A stretch of 24,830 nucleotides of DNA. Origin: a virus. The translations under genes were made by a program, and so were the position numbers. This document shows, piece by piece, positions 8,540 through 16,951 of this stretch. Every line of letters starts with the position of its first letter. The first letter of the stretch is position 1. Under the pieces are notes generated by a model. The model worked only from the letters and a program-made list of their open reading frames with translations. It did no database searches and was not told the origin of the DNA. The stretch is from IMG/VR virus record IMGVR_UViG_3300010342_001192, positions 1-24,830 of that record; one strand, given 5' to 3'.

Positions 8540-9029
8540 GATACTTATTATAATAATCCAAAAGTAATTGCTTAACCTCCGGATTTGGTCGATTTTCATG
8601 CATATATCTCGAAGCAAGATTAATATAGGCCCCGAAATTTGTAGCTCTCATAGGTCTTTTTTCATCACCTCTCTCTACATATTGTCCTTTTAATTCCGAA
8701 GTTCCATGATCCAAAATAAACGTCTCCTCCGGAAATAAATTAGGAATGGTTAAAAGAGCTTTTACAGCTGCTACATTTCCTTCTGATACAGAATCCCATA
8801 GATAATCTGGATCCGAGAAATCAATTTTTTCACCATTAACCCATTTTTTCCCATTTAAACTAATAAGATATGGAAAAACAATATCCTTTTTTCTTCTCAA
8901 TGCCCATGTCCAGACTTCAAAAATATCATCATAAGAAAAATCCCTGGAATGACTCATCCAGTTTTTAATCTTAGGGCCTAACCCTATTCCTAATGCTTGT
9001 TTAGGATCTGCTCCTCTGACAAAATTCAT
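8529..9029 (-). CDS. Tagged protein (short class, 166 aa), possibly helical/ankyrin-like core
   Basis: MNFVRGADPKQALGIG; LWDSVSEGNVAAVKALL resembles one ankyrin-like unit. Confidence 0.75.
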   Translation of the reverse strand: MNFVRGADPKQALGIGLGPKIKNWMSHSRDFSYDDIFEVWTWALRRKKDIVFPYLISLNGKKWVNGEKIDFSDPDYLWDSVSEGNVAAVKALLTIPNLFPEETFILDHGTSELKGQYVERGDEKRPMRATNFGAYINLASRYMHENRPNPEVKQLLLDYYNKYHGL

Positions 9030-9325
9030 AATACTCCGTCTTTTTTAAGCATTTCAACAACATCTGGGATAGAAGCACCGCCATAATTAAACATGCCTAA
9101 ATCGTAAGATATAGAATATTCCTGCCCCATTTCAATTAACTTTATATAACTACCGTTAACCGAACTTGACCAACAAAAAATTATTTCTGGATTATTTGGA
9201 TAAGGTGATGAACTTGTTAAATCAAGTTTAATTCTTTTTGCTAATAATCCTACCATCTGGAGAGCATATTCTCTTCGTCCTATGCTCATAGCTTCTTTGG
9301 GGGCTTTTCCTCTTTTAAATTCCAT
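9026..9325 (-). CDS. Tagged small protein (short class, 99 aa; start reassigned from 9340 to 9325)
   Basis: MEFKRGKAPKEAMSIG follows a TAA-A-ATG junction with the upstream gene. Confidence 0.75.
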   Translation of the reverse strand: MEFKRGKAPKEAMSIGRREYALQMVGLLAKRIKLDLTSSSPYPNNPEIIFCWSSSVNGSYIKLIEMGQEYSISYDLGMFNYGGASIPDVVEMLKKDGVL

Positions 9326-9326
9326 T

Positions 9327-9641
9327 TTAGATTTTATCATTAATTTCCCAATCTCCGTTCTCGTTCATAGATGAAATAAATTCTTCCTCACCTATACGGC
9401 ACTTAATAAAGGTATGAGGCTTAAAATCAAAAGGATCATAAATTAATCTAGGATGACCAATACAAATAGCAACTATTGGTTCTCCCTTTCTCTGCTTTTC
9501 CTGAAGAGGATAAAATTCTGGACAAGATTTTCTCAAGAGAAATTGAACTATGAAAGATCTCCCTTCTCCAGGTATACGGCCATTATGATTTAGACCAATA
9601 TCCAAAGATCTTTTAGGATCAATTCCTCTTTCGAAGTTCAT
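9327..9641 (-). CDS. Tagged small protein (short class, 104 aa), first gene of the short-class cluster
   Basis: MNFERGIDPKRSLDIG; preceded by an intergenic TATATTTGC. Confidence 0.75.
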   Translation of the reverse strand: MNFERGIDPKRSLDIGLNHNGRIPGEGRSFIVQFLLRKSCPEFYPLQEKQRKGEPIVAICIGHPRLIYDPFDFKPHTFIKCRIGEEEFISSMNENGDWEINDKI

Positions 9642-9654
9642 TTTAATCTTTTTT

Positions 9655-9663
9655 GCAAATATA
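9655..9663 (-). promoter_or_regulatory. Bacteroidota-type primary-sigma -7 element (TAnnTTTG)
   Basis: TATATTTGC in the 50-nt intergenic gap, 13 nt upstream of the 9641 ATG; only a TTTA-like -33 candidate is visible. Confidence 0.5.
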
Positions 9664-9691
9664 CAAAAAAGAATCTAAAGTAAAAAATATT

Positions 9692-10285
9692 TTAACGATT
9701 TTTTTGATTGGCGGACTCGCTTGTTAAAGAAGCCATTTGCCATTTCCTTTGGTCAAGATATTTTGGGTTTCTTGAACCATATCCATAAGGAACATTTTTT
9801 GTTTTTAATAAAGGCGATTTTATATGTTCTTTTCCCATTTCGAGTTCGGATCTTTCTTCACTTCCTTCATATTCAGCAACGGGGATTAATCTAGATGTAT
9901 AATTATCGTCTTGTTTCCATGAATTTTTATCAATGACTTCTACTTCCCAACCTATCATATCTTCTCCTAATTTATCAGAAAGAAGATCTATAGCTTCGAA
10001 GAAAGTTTCCCTATCTGGATATTTCCAAAAACTTATTAATTTTTTATCGGTCCATAGTCTTCCAGATAATGTATTTCTGGTTCCTTCAGGATGGGTTTCC
10101 CCGGCTGGGCCAATATGAAAGATTCCATCTTCATACCAAAAAGCATGAGCATCTTCATCGCTAAAATGAGGGGATTTAAAAATATCATTTTCCAAAGGCT
10201 CTCCATACTTATTATAAGTAAGATGAGGCATGGAAATTTCATCAGGACTTTCAAATATTTTTAACGATTCTTTAACTATTTTCAT
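9692..10285 (-). CDS. Hypothetical protein with MKIVKES leader but no tag (197 aa)
   Basis: Starts MKIVKESLKIFESPDE, sharing the long-class prefix; ATGA-coupled. Confidence 0.75.
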   Translation of the reverse strand: MKIVKESLKIFESPDEISMPHLTYNKYGEPLENDIFKSPHFSDEDAHAFWYEDGIFHIGPAGETHPEGTRNTLSGRLWTDKKLISFWKYPDRETFFEAIDLLSDKLGEDMIGWEVEVIDKNSWKQDDNYTSRLIPVAEYEGSEERSELEMGKEHIKSPLLKTKNVPYGYGSRNPKYLDQRKWQMASLTSESANQKNR

Positions 10286-11529
10286 ATCTCATCTAATCTA
10301 TTTGAAAGGGAATCATTAAAAACCTCAGAGGTTATATCTCCATTATAACTATATTGAGGAGGATAATATTTTATCTTATAATCACTATCGTATAATGCTA
10401 AGCAGCCAAATAATTTTTCAATACCATTTAGAGAAATTGGTGCATAAAAATGGGAATAATTATTTGGTTTTTCCACCCATTTTATTTCTTCATCATTAAT
10501 ATCAAAATGCTTTTTAATAGCATTTTTCAAATCTTTAAAAGCTTCATCCTGATCTGCCATTTCTTGGGAATCTGTCCAAGCAAATCTAATAGCATCATGA
10601 AGATCTTCATACTCATCATTTGATTCTATTTCATCAAATAGTTCTTCAAGATTATTTGCTGTTTCTGGATCCCCGCCTCTTTCGATAAATTTTTCTTTAA
10701 GATCGTCTAAAGCAGGTATTTTTCCTTTTGCCAAAAGCCTTTTAAGAAACCAAGTCATTTCAGTAATATCGCCGAAATTAACGCTATCATATTCAAAGTA
10801 CTCTTCAACATTTTCCCCCGATAAAACAGCTTCAACGAAATCTTTACTTAAATTCCTTGTATCTGTATCAAATAAATCTGAGAAACTTTGCCATCCATCA
10901 AATGAAAGAAAGTATTTCCCATTTTTAAATTCATATTGAATTTCATCACTAGGAAGCTTAACATAAGGAATCCATTGAATACCCCATTTCTTTAATTCAT
11001 AAAAGTCATTTTCATCAAGACTATTATTATATTCTGGATTTTTAATCAGAAACTCAATCCATTGTTTCCTTGTTTCGTGATCAAGTTCGGCATCTTCTTC
11101 TGTAAGTAAATAGGAGATCCACATGGCAGGACTATCACTAGTTCTTTCTCTTAAAAAATTAGATATTTTTTGTTCCAAACCAACATTCATTGCTTTCTTT
11201 GGGTCCAAACCTCTTTCGAAATTCTGAGCCTCCGACATGCTTCCGGAAGTATCCCCGCCAAAGCCAAGAAAAAGCTTATCTAAAAGTTCTTTCGATCCCA
11301 GATACTCTTTATGATTAACTAAAAATAAAAGCCATGATTCTTTTGTCCTATCGTCAAGATCTTTATCTTCTTGTATTTCCCATATCCAACCAGTTGGAGA
11401 GGACCAAGATGAATCGCCTTCAGACATTTTTTTTCGAGCATAATTTATAATTCTTGGGAAAATTCCAATATCGATGGCTTGTTTAGGATCTAAACCACGT
11501 TCAAAATTTATGGATTCTTTTACTATCAT
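10282..11529 (-). CDS. Double-tagged acidic protein with internal duplication (415 aa)
   Basis: Tags at 11464-11505 and 11179-11220, each followed by a similar helical unit (SSPTGWIWEIQEDKDLDDRTKESWLLFL / DSPAMWISYLLTEEDAELDHETRKQWIEFL). Confidence 0.8.
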   Translation of the reverse strand: MIVKESINFERGLDPKQAIDIGIFPRIINYARKKMSEGDSSWSSPTGWIWEIQEDKDLDDRTKESWLLFLVNHKEYLGSKELLDKLFLGFGGDTSGSMSEAQNFERGLDPKKAMNVGLEQKISNFLRERTSDSPAMWISYLLTEEDAELDHETRKQWIEFLIKNPEYNNSLDENDFYELKKWGIQWIPYVKLPSDEIQYEFKNGKYFLSFDGWQSFSDLFDTDTRNLSKDFVEAVLSGENVEEYFEYDSVNFGDITEMTWFLKRLLAKGKIPALDDLKEKFIERGGDPETANNLEELFDEIESNDEYEDLHDAIRFAWTDSQEMADQDEAFKDLKNAIKKHFDINDEEIKWVEKPNNYSHFYAPISLNGIEKLFGCLALYDSDYKIKYYPPQYSYNGDITSEVFNDSLSNRLDEI

Positions 11530-11978
11530 ACAACAATACGTCCGCCAACGGTACAGATCTTTTTAATTTCATCGACAGTAAATTTTTCCTTATTTCCTCG
11601 AATATAAAAATCCCCATCGACCTGTTTTGGACATCCTTCAAGATCCTCTATTTTATTATTATCTACGAAGAAATCTCCTTTAACAACTTTAGGAAGACCT
11701 TTCATAGACATTAAATTTTGATCTCTTATAATAACACTGCCATGACAAATACCGAAATCAACATATTCTGGTATTTCTTTAAGATCCCAATATCTTTGAG
11801 AAGGAATAACTAATTCCCTTACATCAATTGTCCAATCTGAATTGATTTTATATTTGGTATATTTGGTATATTTGTTTATCCATTCTTCGACTTTTCGTTT
11901 CCTTCCTAAATCTAAAGTTCGAGAAGGGTCTTCACTCCTCTCGAACTCATTAAGCCTTGGATAAAAAATATCCTTCAT
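11526..11978 (-). CDS. Tagged LRR-like/beta-solenoid protein (150 aa; start reassigned to 11978)
   Basis: MKDIFYPRLNE-FERSEDPSRTLDLG after a TAA-A-ATG junction; repeats SMKGLPKVVKGDFFVDNNKIEDLEGCPKQVDGDFY. Confidence 0.75.
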   Translation of the reverse strand: MKDIFYPRLNEFERSEDPSRTLDLGRKRKVEEWINKYTKYTKYKINSDWTIDVRELVIPSQRYWDLKEIPEYVDFGICHGSVIIRDQNLMSMKGLPKVVKGDFFVDNNKIEDLEGCPKQVDGDFYIRGNKEKFTVDEIKKICTVGGRIVV

Positions 11979-11979
11979 T

Positions 11980-13515
11980 TTAGAATATATCTTTATATTT
12001 TTCAATAAATCTATCTACGCCCTTCTGATATTTGTCTCTTCCCTCAACTTCTCCAAGTTCATCGTGGATATAAGGATGAAGGTCAATCATCATCTTAATA
12101 GCTCTGGTTGCAAGAGAACCATTGTCAAGACGGATAAGATAGGTTACAAAATTATCAAATTCTTCAGGAGTAATATCTCTTCCCCTGGTTGATGTACAAA
12201 CGAGAGATAGAAGAGCGTTAGCTTCTGACTGATCATATCCGGATCCAGCTTTCTTAGGCATACGAGCTTTTTCAGGATGGGCAAGAACCTCTTTAATATC
12301 TTCTTTTTTGAAGGATTCAAGAAGTCTTAGGAATGTTTGGAACTCTGTTGCAATATCCATACCAACGTCTGAACCAACTACGTTTGTTATATCCTGAATA
12401 GAAGGCTTATAACCTTCATCAGCAGCATCCTGCATTAGAAGAGCAATATTCTTAGAAGCTGCTTCCCATGAACGAGGGCTAGCAAAGATGCTCTTTTCTG
12501 GATCATCGTCAAGAGTATAGAAATATTCTTGGTTAAATTCTAGGAAGTCAAGTATTCTTTGGTCAACTTTATTCTGTGCCCATTCTTTCCAACCAGCAAA
12601 ATCAGGAATATAGTTAACCTGCGAGAATCTGTTTCCGAGAGCTGTTGAGAAGTTCTGAACACCTTCAGGGTCATCTCCTGCTCTGTTGGATGCTGAAACA
12701 ATCGTCCATTTAGAACCTAGAACTGCGTCCCCAATAATTCTTTCATCAATAAGTTTTAAGCAAGTATTTTGAACGGACCCGGATGCACGGGAAAGTTCAT
12801 CCAAGAATAAAATACCTCCTTCACCCATATTAGCTATGCCATCTCTTCTTTTATCTTCTTCTGCATCGCCGCTCTTAATATAAACAGGAAGCCAAGATTT
12901 AGGAATATCCCTAGCTTTTAATTCATCATCAACTTTATAAGTTGCTGGAAGTGACCAGTCATCTGGGGCCATTTTAGAAGTTTGGACATCGATCAATCTT
13001 CCTTTTGTATTCTGTGCAAGAACTGCTTTAACAATTGCGGTTTTTCCAATACCAGGAGCTCCCCAAATCATAAGAGGTTTCCCCTGTGGGTTCTTTAAAA
13101 CCATACGAATTCTTCTATATAATTCTTTCTTTCCTACATTAGGAACGTTTTTATCAGGGTGTTCAAGTTTTATTCTAGCTTCATTAATAGTTCCCTCTTT
13201 AAGATCCGGTCCTCTTTTCTGAATAACTTTTTCAGCGGTAAGGGATTTTAGTTCAGGGCTTAATTCAACATCACCCTGGGAAGCTACATAAGAAATAGAT
13301 TTTGGTAAAGCACCATCCTTATCTAATATCCCAATATTAACAGGAGCCATAGCTTCTGTAACAGGTTGCCCCTGGAAAATGAAGAAAAAAAGCTTTCCAA
13401 CTTTCTGGAAGAATTTTTTAATAGCTTGTCCTATTTTGCTGAAGATCGCTTCATTTAGTTCTCCTCTAGCAATCTGAAAATCCTGGAGAGATTCAAATAC
13501 TAATTGTTTTTTCAT
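11980..13515 (-). CDS. MoxR-type AAA+ ATPase with N-terminal extension (511 aa)
   Basis: Walker A IWGAPGIGKT, Walker B GILFLDE, sensor ASNR, PRSWE motif; linked to a vWA partner. Confidence 0.9.
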   Translation of the reverse strand: MKKQLVFESLQDFQIARGELNEAIFSKIGQAIKKFFQKVGKLFFFIFQGQPVTEAMAPVNIGILDKDGALPKSISYVASQGDVELSPELKSLTAEKVIQKRGPDLKEGTINEARIKLEHPDKNVPNVGKKELYRRIRMVLKNPQGKPLMIWGAPGIGKTAIVKAVLAQNTKGRLIDVQTSKMAPDDWSLPATYKVDDELKARDIPKSWLPVYIKSGDAEEDKRRDGIANMGEGGILFLDELSRASGSVQNTCLKLIDERIIGDAVLGSKWTIVSASNRAGDDPEGVQNFSTALGNRFSQVNYIPDFAGWKEWAQNKVDQRILDFLEFNQEYFYTLDDDPEKSIFASPRSWEAASKNIALLMQDAADEGYKPSIQDITNVVGSDVGMDIATEFQTFLRLLESFKKEDIKEVLAHPEKARMPKKAGSGYDQSEANALLSLVCTSTRGRDITPEEFDNFVTYLIRLDNGSLATRAIKMMIDLHPYIHDELGEVEGRDKYQKGVDRFIEKYKDIF

Positions 13516-13533
13516 TGCAGTTCTAGTTTTATT

Positions 13534-15168
13534 TTATATTTTATTTATCTTAGCTTTTATCTTATCAATTTCTTTATCCGATAATTCCTCGTGGATCTTT
13601 GGTTTTGACAAAATAATTTCAATCATCTTTAACCAATTCTCCTTTGCCTTTTCTGAAGTTCCTACCTTACTTATCTTAGAAATAAGCATTTGAAGTGTTT
13701 TCTTTACTTTTACTCTTGGGTCTTTTAAAAGCTCCTCAACAGCAGCAAAAGCTTGATTAGCAGCAGCTTCATAAATTATATAATTATCTTCATAGACAAT
13801 ATTATAATTTTTATCCAAAGATTCTTTTGCATCGGCAGGATTAACCCTGGGATCTTCCATTAATTTTTTTACGGCATCAACATTATTATTTTTTGCTGCT
13901 TGATATAATGCTTCATTATGATTATCAGCTGGATTTACTCTTTCATCTTTTAATAGTAATTCAATCACATCTGGATTACCTCCCATAGCAGCTGATGCAA
14001 TTATAGAATTTTTTCTAAAAGCTGGGTTTGCAGCAGGATCCGAAAGGAGGAGTCTAACAATATCTACATTTCCCTTCATAGCAGCTCTTGTTAAAATCCC
14101 ATTTTTATCTTCCATTTTTAAAGGAAAATTCTTTAATGATGGATATTTAGCTATTTCATTATTAACTTCTTCAATAAAATCCCCAAGAAGCTTCTCCCTT
14201 CCTATACCTATATTAGCTTTAGCATCCCCGCCTCGTGTAAAGCCTAAAGCTTCTCGGATCGGATTATTCTCCATCATTTTTCTAAGTCTTTTCTGAGAAA
14301 GTTCTTTCATATATGGAACTTCTTTTTTAACTCTAGGATCTGATAATAAAAGACTTACCATTTCCCTATCCCCATTATTTAAAGCCGCTGCTAGAGCCCA
14401 ATTATCTCTGCTTGTGGGATCTACTCTTTTATCTTTTAAGAGGAGTTTAACAATATCTACATATCCATTTTTTGCAGCTCTTCTAATGCAATAATTAGTT
14501 TCATCATTTCCATATCTTTTGCCATCTCGGGTTTGAGCTGCTGGATCTACAATAGGACTGGATAAAAGAGCTTTGGCAACTTCTAGATCTCCTCTTTCAC
14601 AAGCTTTTTGGATAGGGCCATCAGAATCTATATTTAAATTGGTTGCTCCGTTTTCAATAGCCCATAATAAAAGCTCCGGGGTCCAATGAGAATACGATAA
14701 AGAAAATGCTTTATTTGGTCCTAATTTTTTTATACCATCTATAGTTCTCTGAGGTTCATATCTCATAAAATCAATGAAAGTATATTCAGTTATCCATGAT
14801 TTAGGAGCATTCCAAAGATCATCTTCTCTTCCTAATAAATAAAATGCTTGAACCCATCCAGAAGCATAACTTTCCAAATTATTTGGATTAAAGGTTTTTA
14901 TTTTGTCCAATAATTCATTAAAAACTTGCATCATAGCAGGCCTGTTTTGATTCATTGAATAAAAACTAGCGATTTTTCGAGTATCAATATGATAGATCTT
15001 TTTTTCTGTAAAATCATTAAGTGATTTTGGTGCTTCTGATTTTAGAGCCCAAGAATGATCATGAGCTAAATCTTCCATCATCTCTGGAAAAAGCGCAGCC
15101 TTTCCAATAGCCATTCCTTCTTTAGGATCTATATTTCTAGTAAAAGATATAGCTTCCCTGACAATCAT
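13534..15168 (-). CDS. Double-tagged ankyrin-repeat protein (544 aa)
   Basis: About seven ankyrin units (e.g. CIRRAAKNGYVDIVKLLLKDKRVDP) in blocks of 3 and 4; tags at 15103-15144 and 14200-14241. Confidence 0.85.
   Translation of the reverse strand: MIVREAISFTRNIDPKEGMAIGKAALFPEMMEDLAHDHSWALKSEAPKSLNDFTEKKIYHIDTRKIASFYSMNQNRPAMMQVFNELLDKIKTFNPNNLESYASGWVQAFYLLGREDDLWNAPKSWITEYTFIDFMRYEPQRTIDGIKKLGPNKAFSLSYSHWTPELLLWAIENGATNLNIDSDGPIQKACERGDLEVAKALLSSPIVDPAAQTRDGKRYGNDETNYCIRRAAKNGYVDIVKLLLKDKRVDPTSRDNWALAAALNNGDREMVSLLLSDPRVKKEVPYMKELSQKRLRKMMENNPIREALGFTRGGDAKANIGIGREKLLGDFIEEVNNEIAKYPSLKNFPLKMEDKNGILTRAAMKGNVDIVRLLLSDPAANPAFRKNSIIASAAMGGNPDVIELLLKDERVNPADNHNEALYQAAKNNNVDAVKKLMEDPRVNPADAKESLDKNYNIVYEDNYIIYEAAANQAFAAVEELLKDPRVKVKKTLQMLISKISKVGTSEKAKENWLKMIEIILSKPKIHEELSDKEIDKIKAKINKI
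13542..13549 (-). promoter_or_regulatory. Late-promoter variant GATAAATA embedded in the end of the ankyrin gene
   Basis: GATAAATAAAA 26 nt upstream of the AAA ATG, followed by AAAACTAGAA as in the gp25 leader. Confidence 0.35.
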
Positions 15169-16943
15169 TAGCTAATATTAATTTGCTTGCCAAATGGTTG
15201 CTGCCATTGAGGATTATCATAAACCATCCAAATGAATTTATGAGCATAAGGTGGTTTTTTTGGATTGGGGGCTCCTCCATCTGTAAAGAATACGCAAAGA
15301 GAAACTCTATCTTTTAATTTATCATGTACCCAATCAAGGGCTTTTTGGAAGCTAGTCCCCCCACCCCCTCTAACATTTTTAGGGATATAGGGTTTTCCCA
15401 TTTTTTTAATGGTCTGAACACTTCCTTCGTCAACTCCATCATCAAAGAAAGCTACTGTAATTTTATTAACTCTTTTTGAGAAAATAATTTGGTTAATTTC
15501 ATTTAATATTTTTTCTAGAGCTTCCCTACCCATAGAACCAGAAACGTCGACTAATACTACAATATGTTCCATAGCATCCATCTTATGTTTCTCTCCATAA
15601 CGTAGAAATTCCCCGCTTAAGTGTTTTTTATTTCCAATTTTCTGATATGTTTCAGGGGATAGAGCAGTTGCAACATATCTTCTGAACATATTTTGCCAGT
15701 TAACATCTCCTCTATGTAATCTTGAAAGTGCTGTAACAAGAGCACCTCCTTTTCCAGTACCTCTTCCCTTTGATCCTTTTAAAGCACGATCGAGCATTTT
15801 TGCCCCCTCAACACGCCATTTATCTGTCGGACTTTCGTCTGGCCCCATTTCCCCTTCTCCATATCCGCTTGCTTTAGCAATTTTCTTTCCCATTTCTGGA
15901 GTAATAATACCTCCTGTTCCAGCAGGGTCATATTCCTCAGCTTGATCGAAACTTTCTTCGTATCCATCACTTCCGGATCCACCAACACCTTTATCTTCGC
16001 CTTCTCCTTCTTCTCCTTGTCCCTGTCCTTGGCCTTGCCCTTGCCCCTGACCTGAATCAAGAGGAATTAATTCATCTTTTTTATAACTTTCAAAAAGATA
16101 GGTGACTAAAAGACTTTCATTAAGAGGACCTACCTCATAAGTTCCATCAGGATTAACTGCAGTAACAACTCCTTTTTCCCCTGTAGCTTTAATCTTAACT
16201 TTACTACCTACTTGAAGAGGTTGGGGTTGACCTTTTCCACCGCCCTGCTGACCTTGACCCTGTCCTTGTCCTTGACCGCCACCTTGCTGATCTTGTCCCT
16301 GATTTTGCCCCTGATTATTCTTTTTAAATGGGTTAGGTGGCATTTTTGGAATAGTTTTCTTTAGATCATCATAAATCTGTTCAACGGGAACATTTAAATA
16401 TTTTTCATCATAAAGACCATAAATTTTTTCTACAAATTCCTTATTGAAGTCACTTAAAGTATCTACTATAATGGTATTAATTTCATAGTCCCCAGCAATA
16501 TTAAACAATGAAGCTGGTTTTCCTTCGGAAGTCATGACTGTTGCATTTCTAGATTTCATACGTTCCATGTGAAGGAGAACGCAGTGCATGATCTCATGAA
16601 TAATAACAAAAATCTTCTGCTCCCATGAAAGCTTATCAGCAAATAATGGATTTACAAATAATCTTGTTCCATCGGTTGCCATTGTAGGAACAATCCAAGT
16701 GTAGATTGGGGTAAATTTATGAACATAAGGGGCAAATAAAGGAGATTGAGAAACAATAGCTGTTTTAGCACTTTCCATTTCATTTTTAAGATGCCTCATG
16801 TCAATTTTGGTTCCATCTTTAGCGAAAACATATCTATAATCTTCGATCTTCGCTGATTTAGGAATATCCATTCCTTCTTTAGCTTCATACAAAAAATCGT
16901 TTATTTGAGGATAAAATCTTGGATTTAATAGTTTCATATTCAT
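15168..16943 (-). CDS. DUF2201-type metallopeptidase-like plus vWA domain protein, MoxR partner (591 aa)
   Basis: HEIMHCVLLH zinc motif, NIAGDYEIN, MIDAS VDVSGSM, GGGT and FFTDGG. Confidence 0.85.
   Translation of the reverse strand: MNMKLLNPRFYPQINDFLYEAKEGMDIPKSAKIEDYRYVFAKDGTKIDMRHLKNEMESAKTAIVSQSPLFAPYVHKFTPIYTWIVPTMATDGTRLFVNPLFADKLSWEQKIFVIIHEIMHCVLLHMERMKSRNATVMTSEGKPASLFNIAGDYEINTIIVDTLSDFNKEFVEKIYGLYDEKYLNVPVEQIYDDLKKTIPKMPPNPFKKNNQGQNQGQDQQGGGQGQGQGQGQQGGGKGQPQPLQVGSKVKIKATGEKGVVTAVNPDGTYEVGPLNESLLVTYLFESYKKDELIPLDSGQGQGQGQGQGQGEEGEGEDKGVGGSGSDGYEESFDQAEEYDPAGTGGIITPEMGKKIAKASGYGEGEMGPDESPTDKWRVEGAKMLDRALKGSKGRGTGKGGALVTALSRLHRGDVNWQNMFRRYVATALSPETYQKIGNKKHLSGEFLRYGEKHKMDAMEHIVVLVDVSGSMGREALEKILNEINQIIFSKRVNKITVAFFDDGVDEGSVQTIKKMGKPYIPKNVRGGGGTSFQKALDWVHDKLKDRVSLCVFFTDGGAPNPKKPPYAHKFIWMVYDNPQWQQPFGKQINIS
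16015..16318 (-). repeat. Two Gly-Gln low-complexity tracts flanking a KOW/SH3-like insert in the vWA protein
   Basis: NQGQNQGQDQQGGGQGQGQGQGQQGGG (~16229-16318) and SGQGQGQGQGQGQG (~16015-16053). Confidence 0.8.
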
Positions 16944-16951
16944 TTATTTTT

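Noticed and set aside
8540-8617. Track start MLRDICM... for the 8180 ORF (likewise 9340 and 12005 for two other ORFs)
   Set aside because: Downstream Met codons give short coupling-type junctions; for the 8180 and 9026 ORFs they also place the tag at the N-terminus as in their neighbours.
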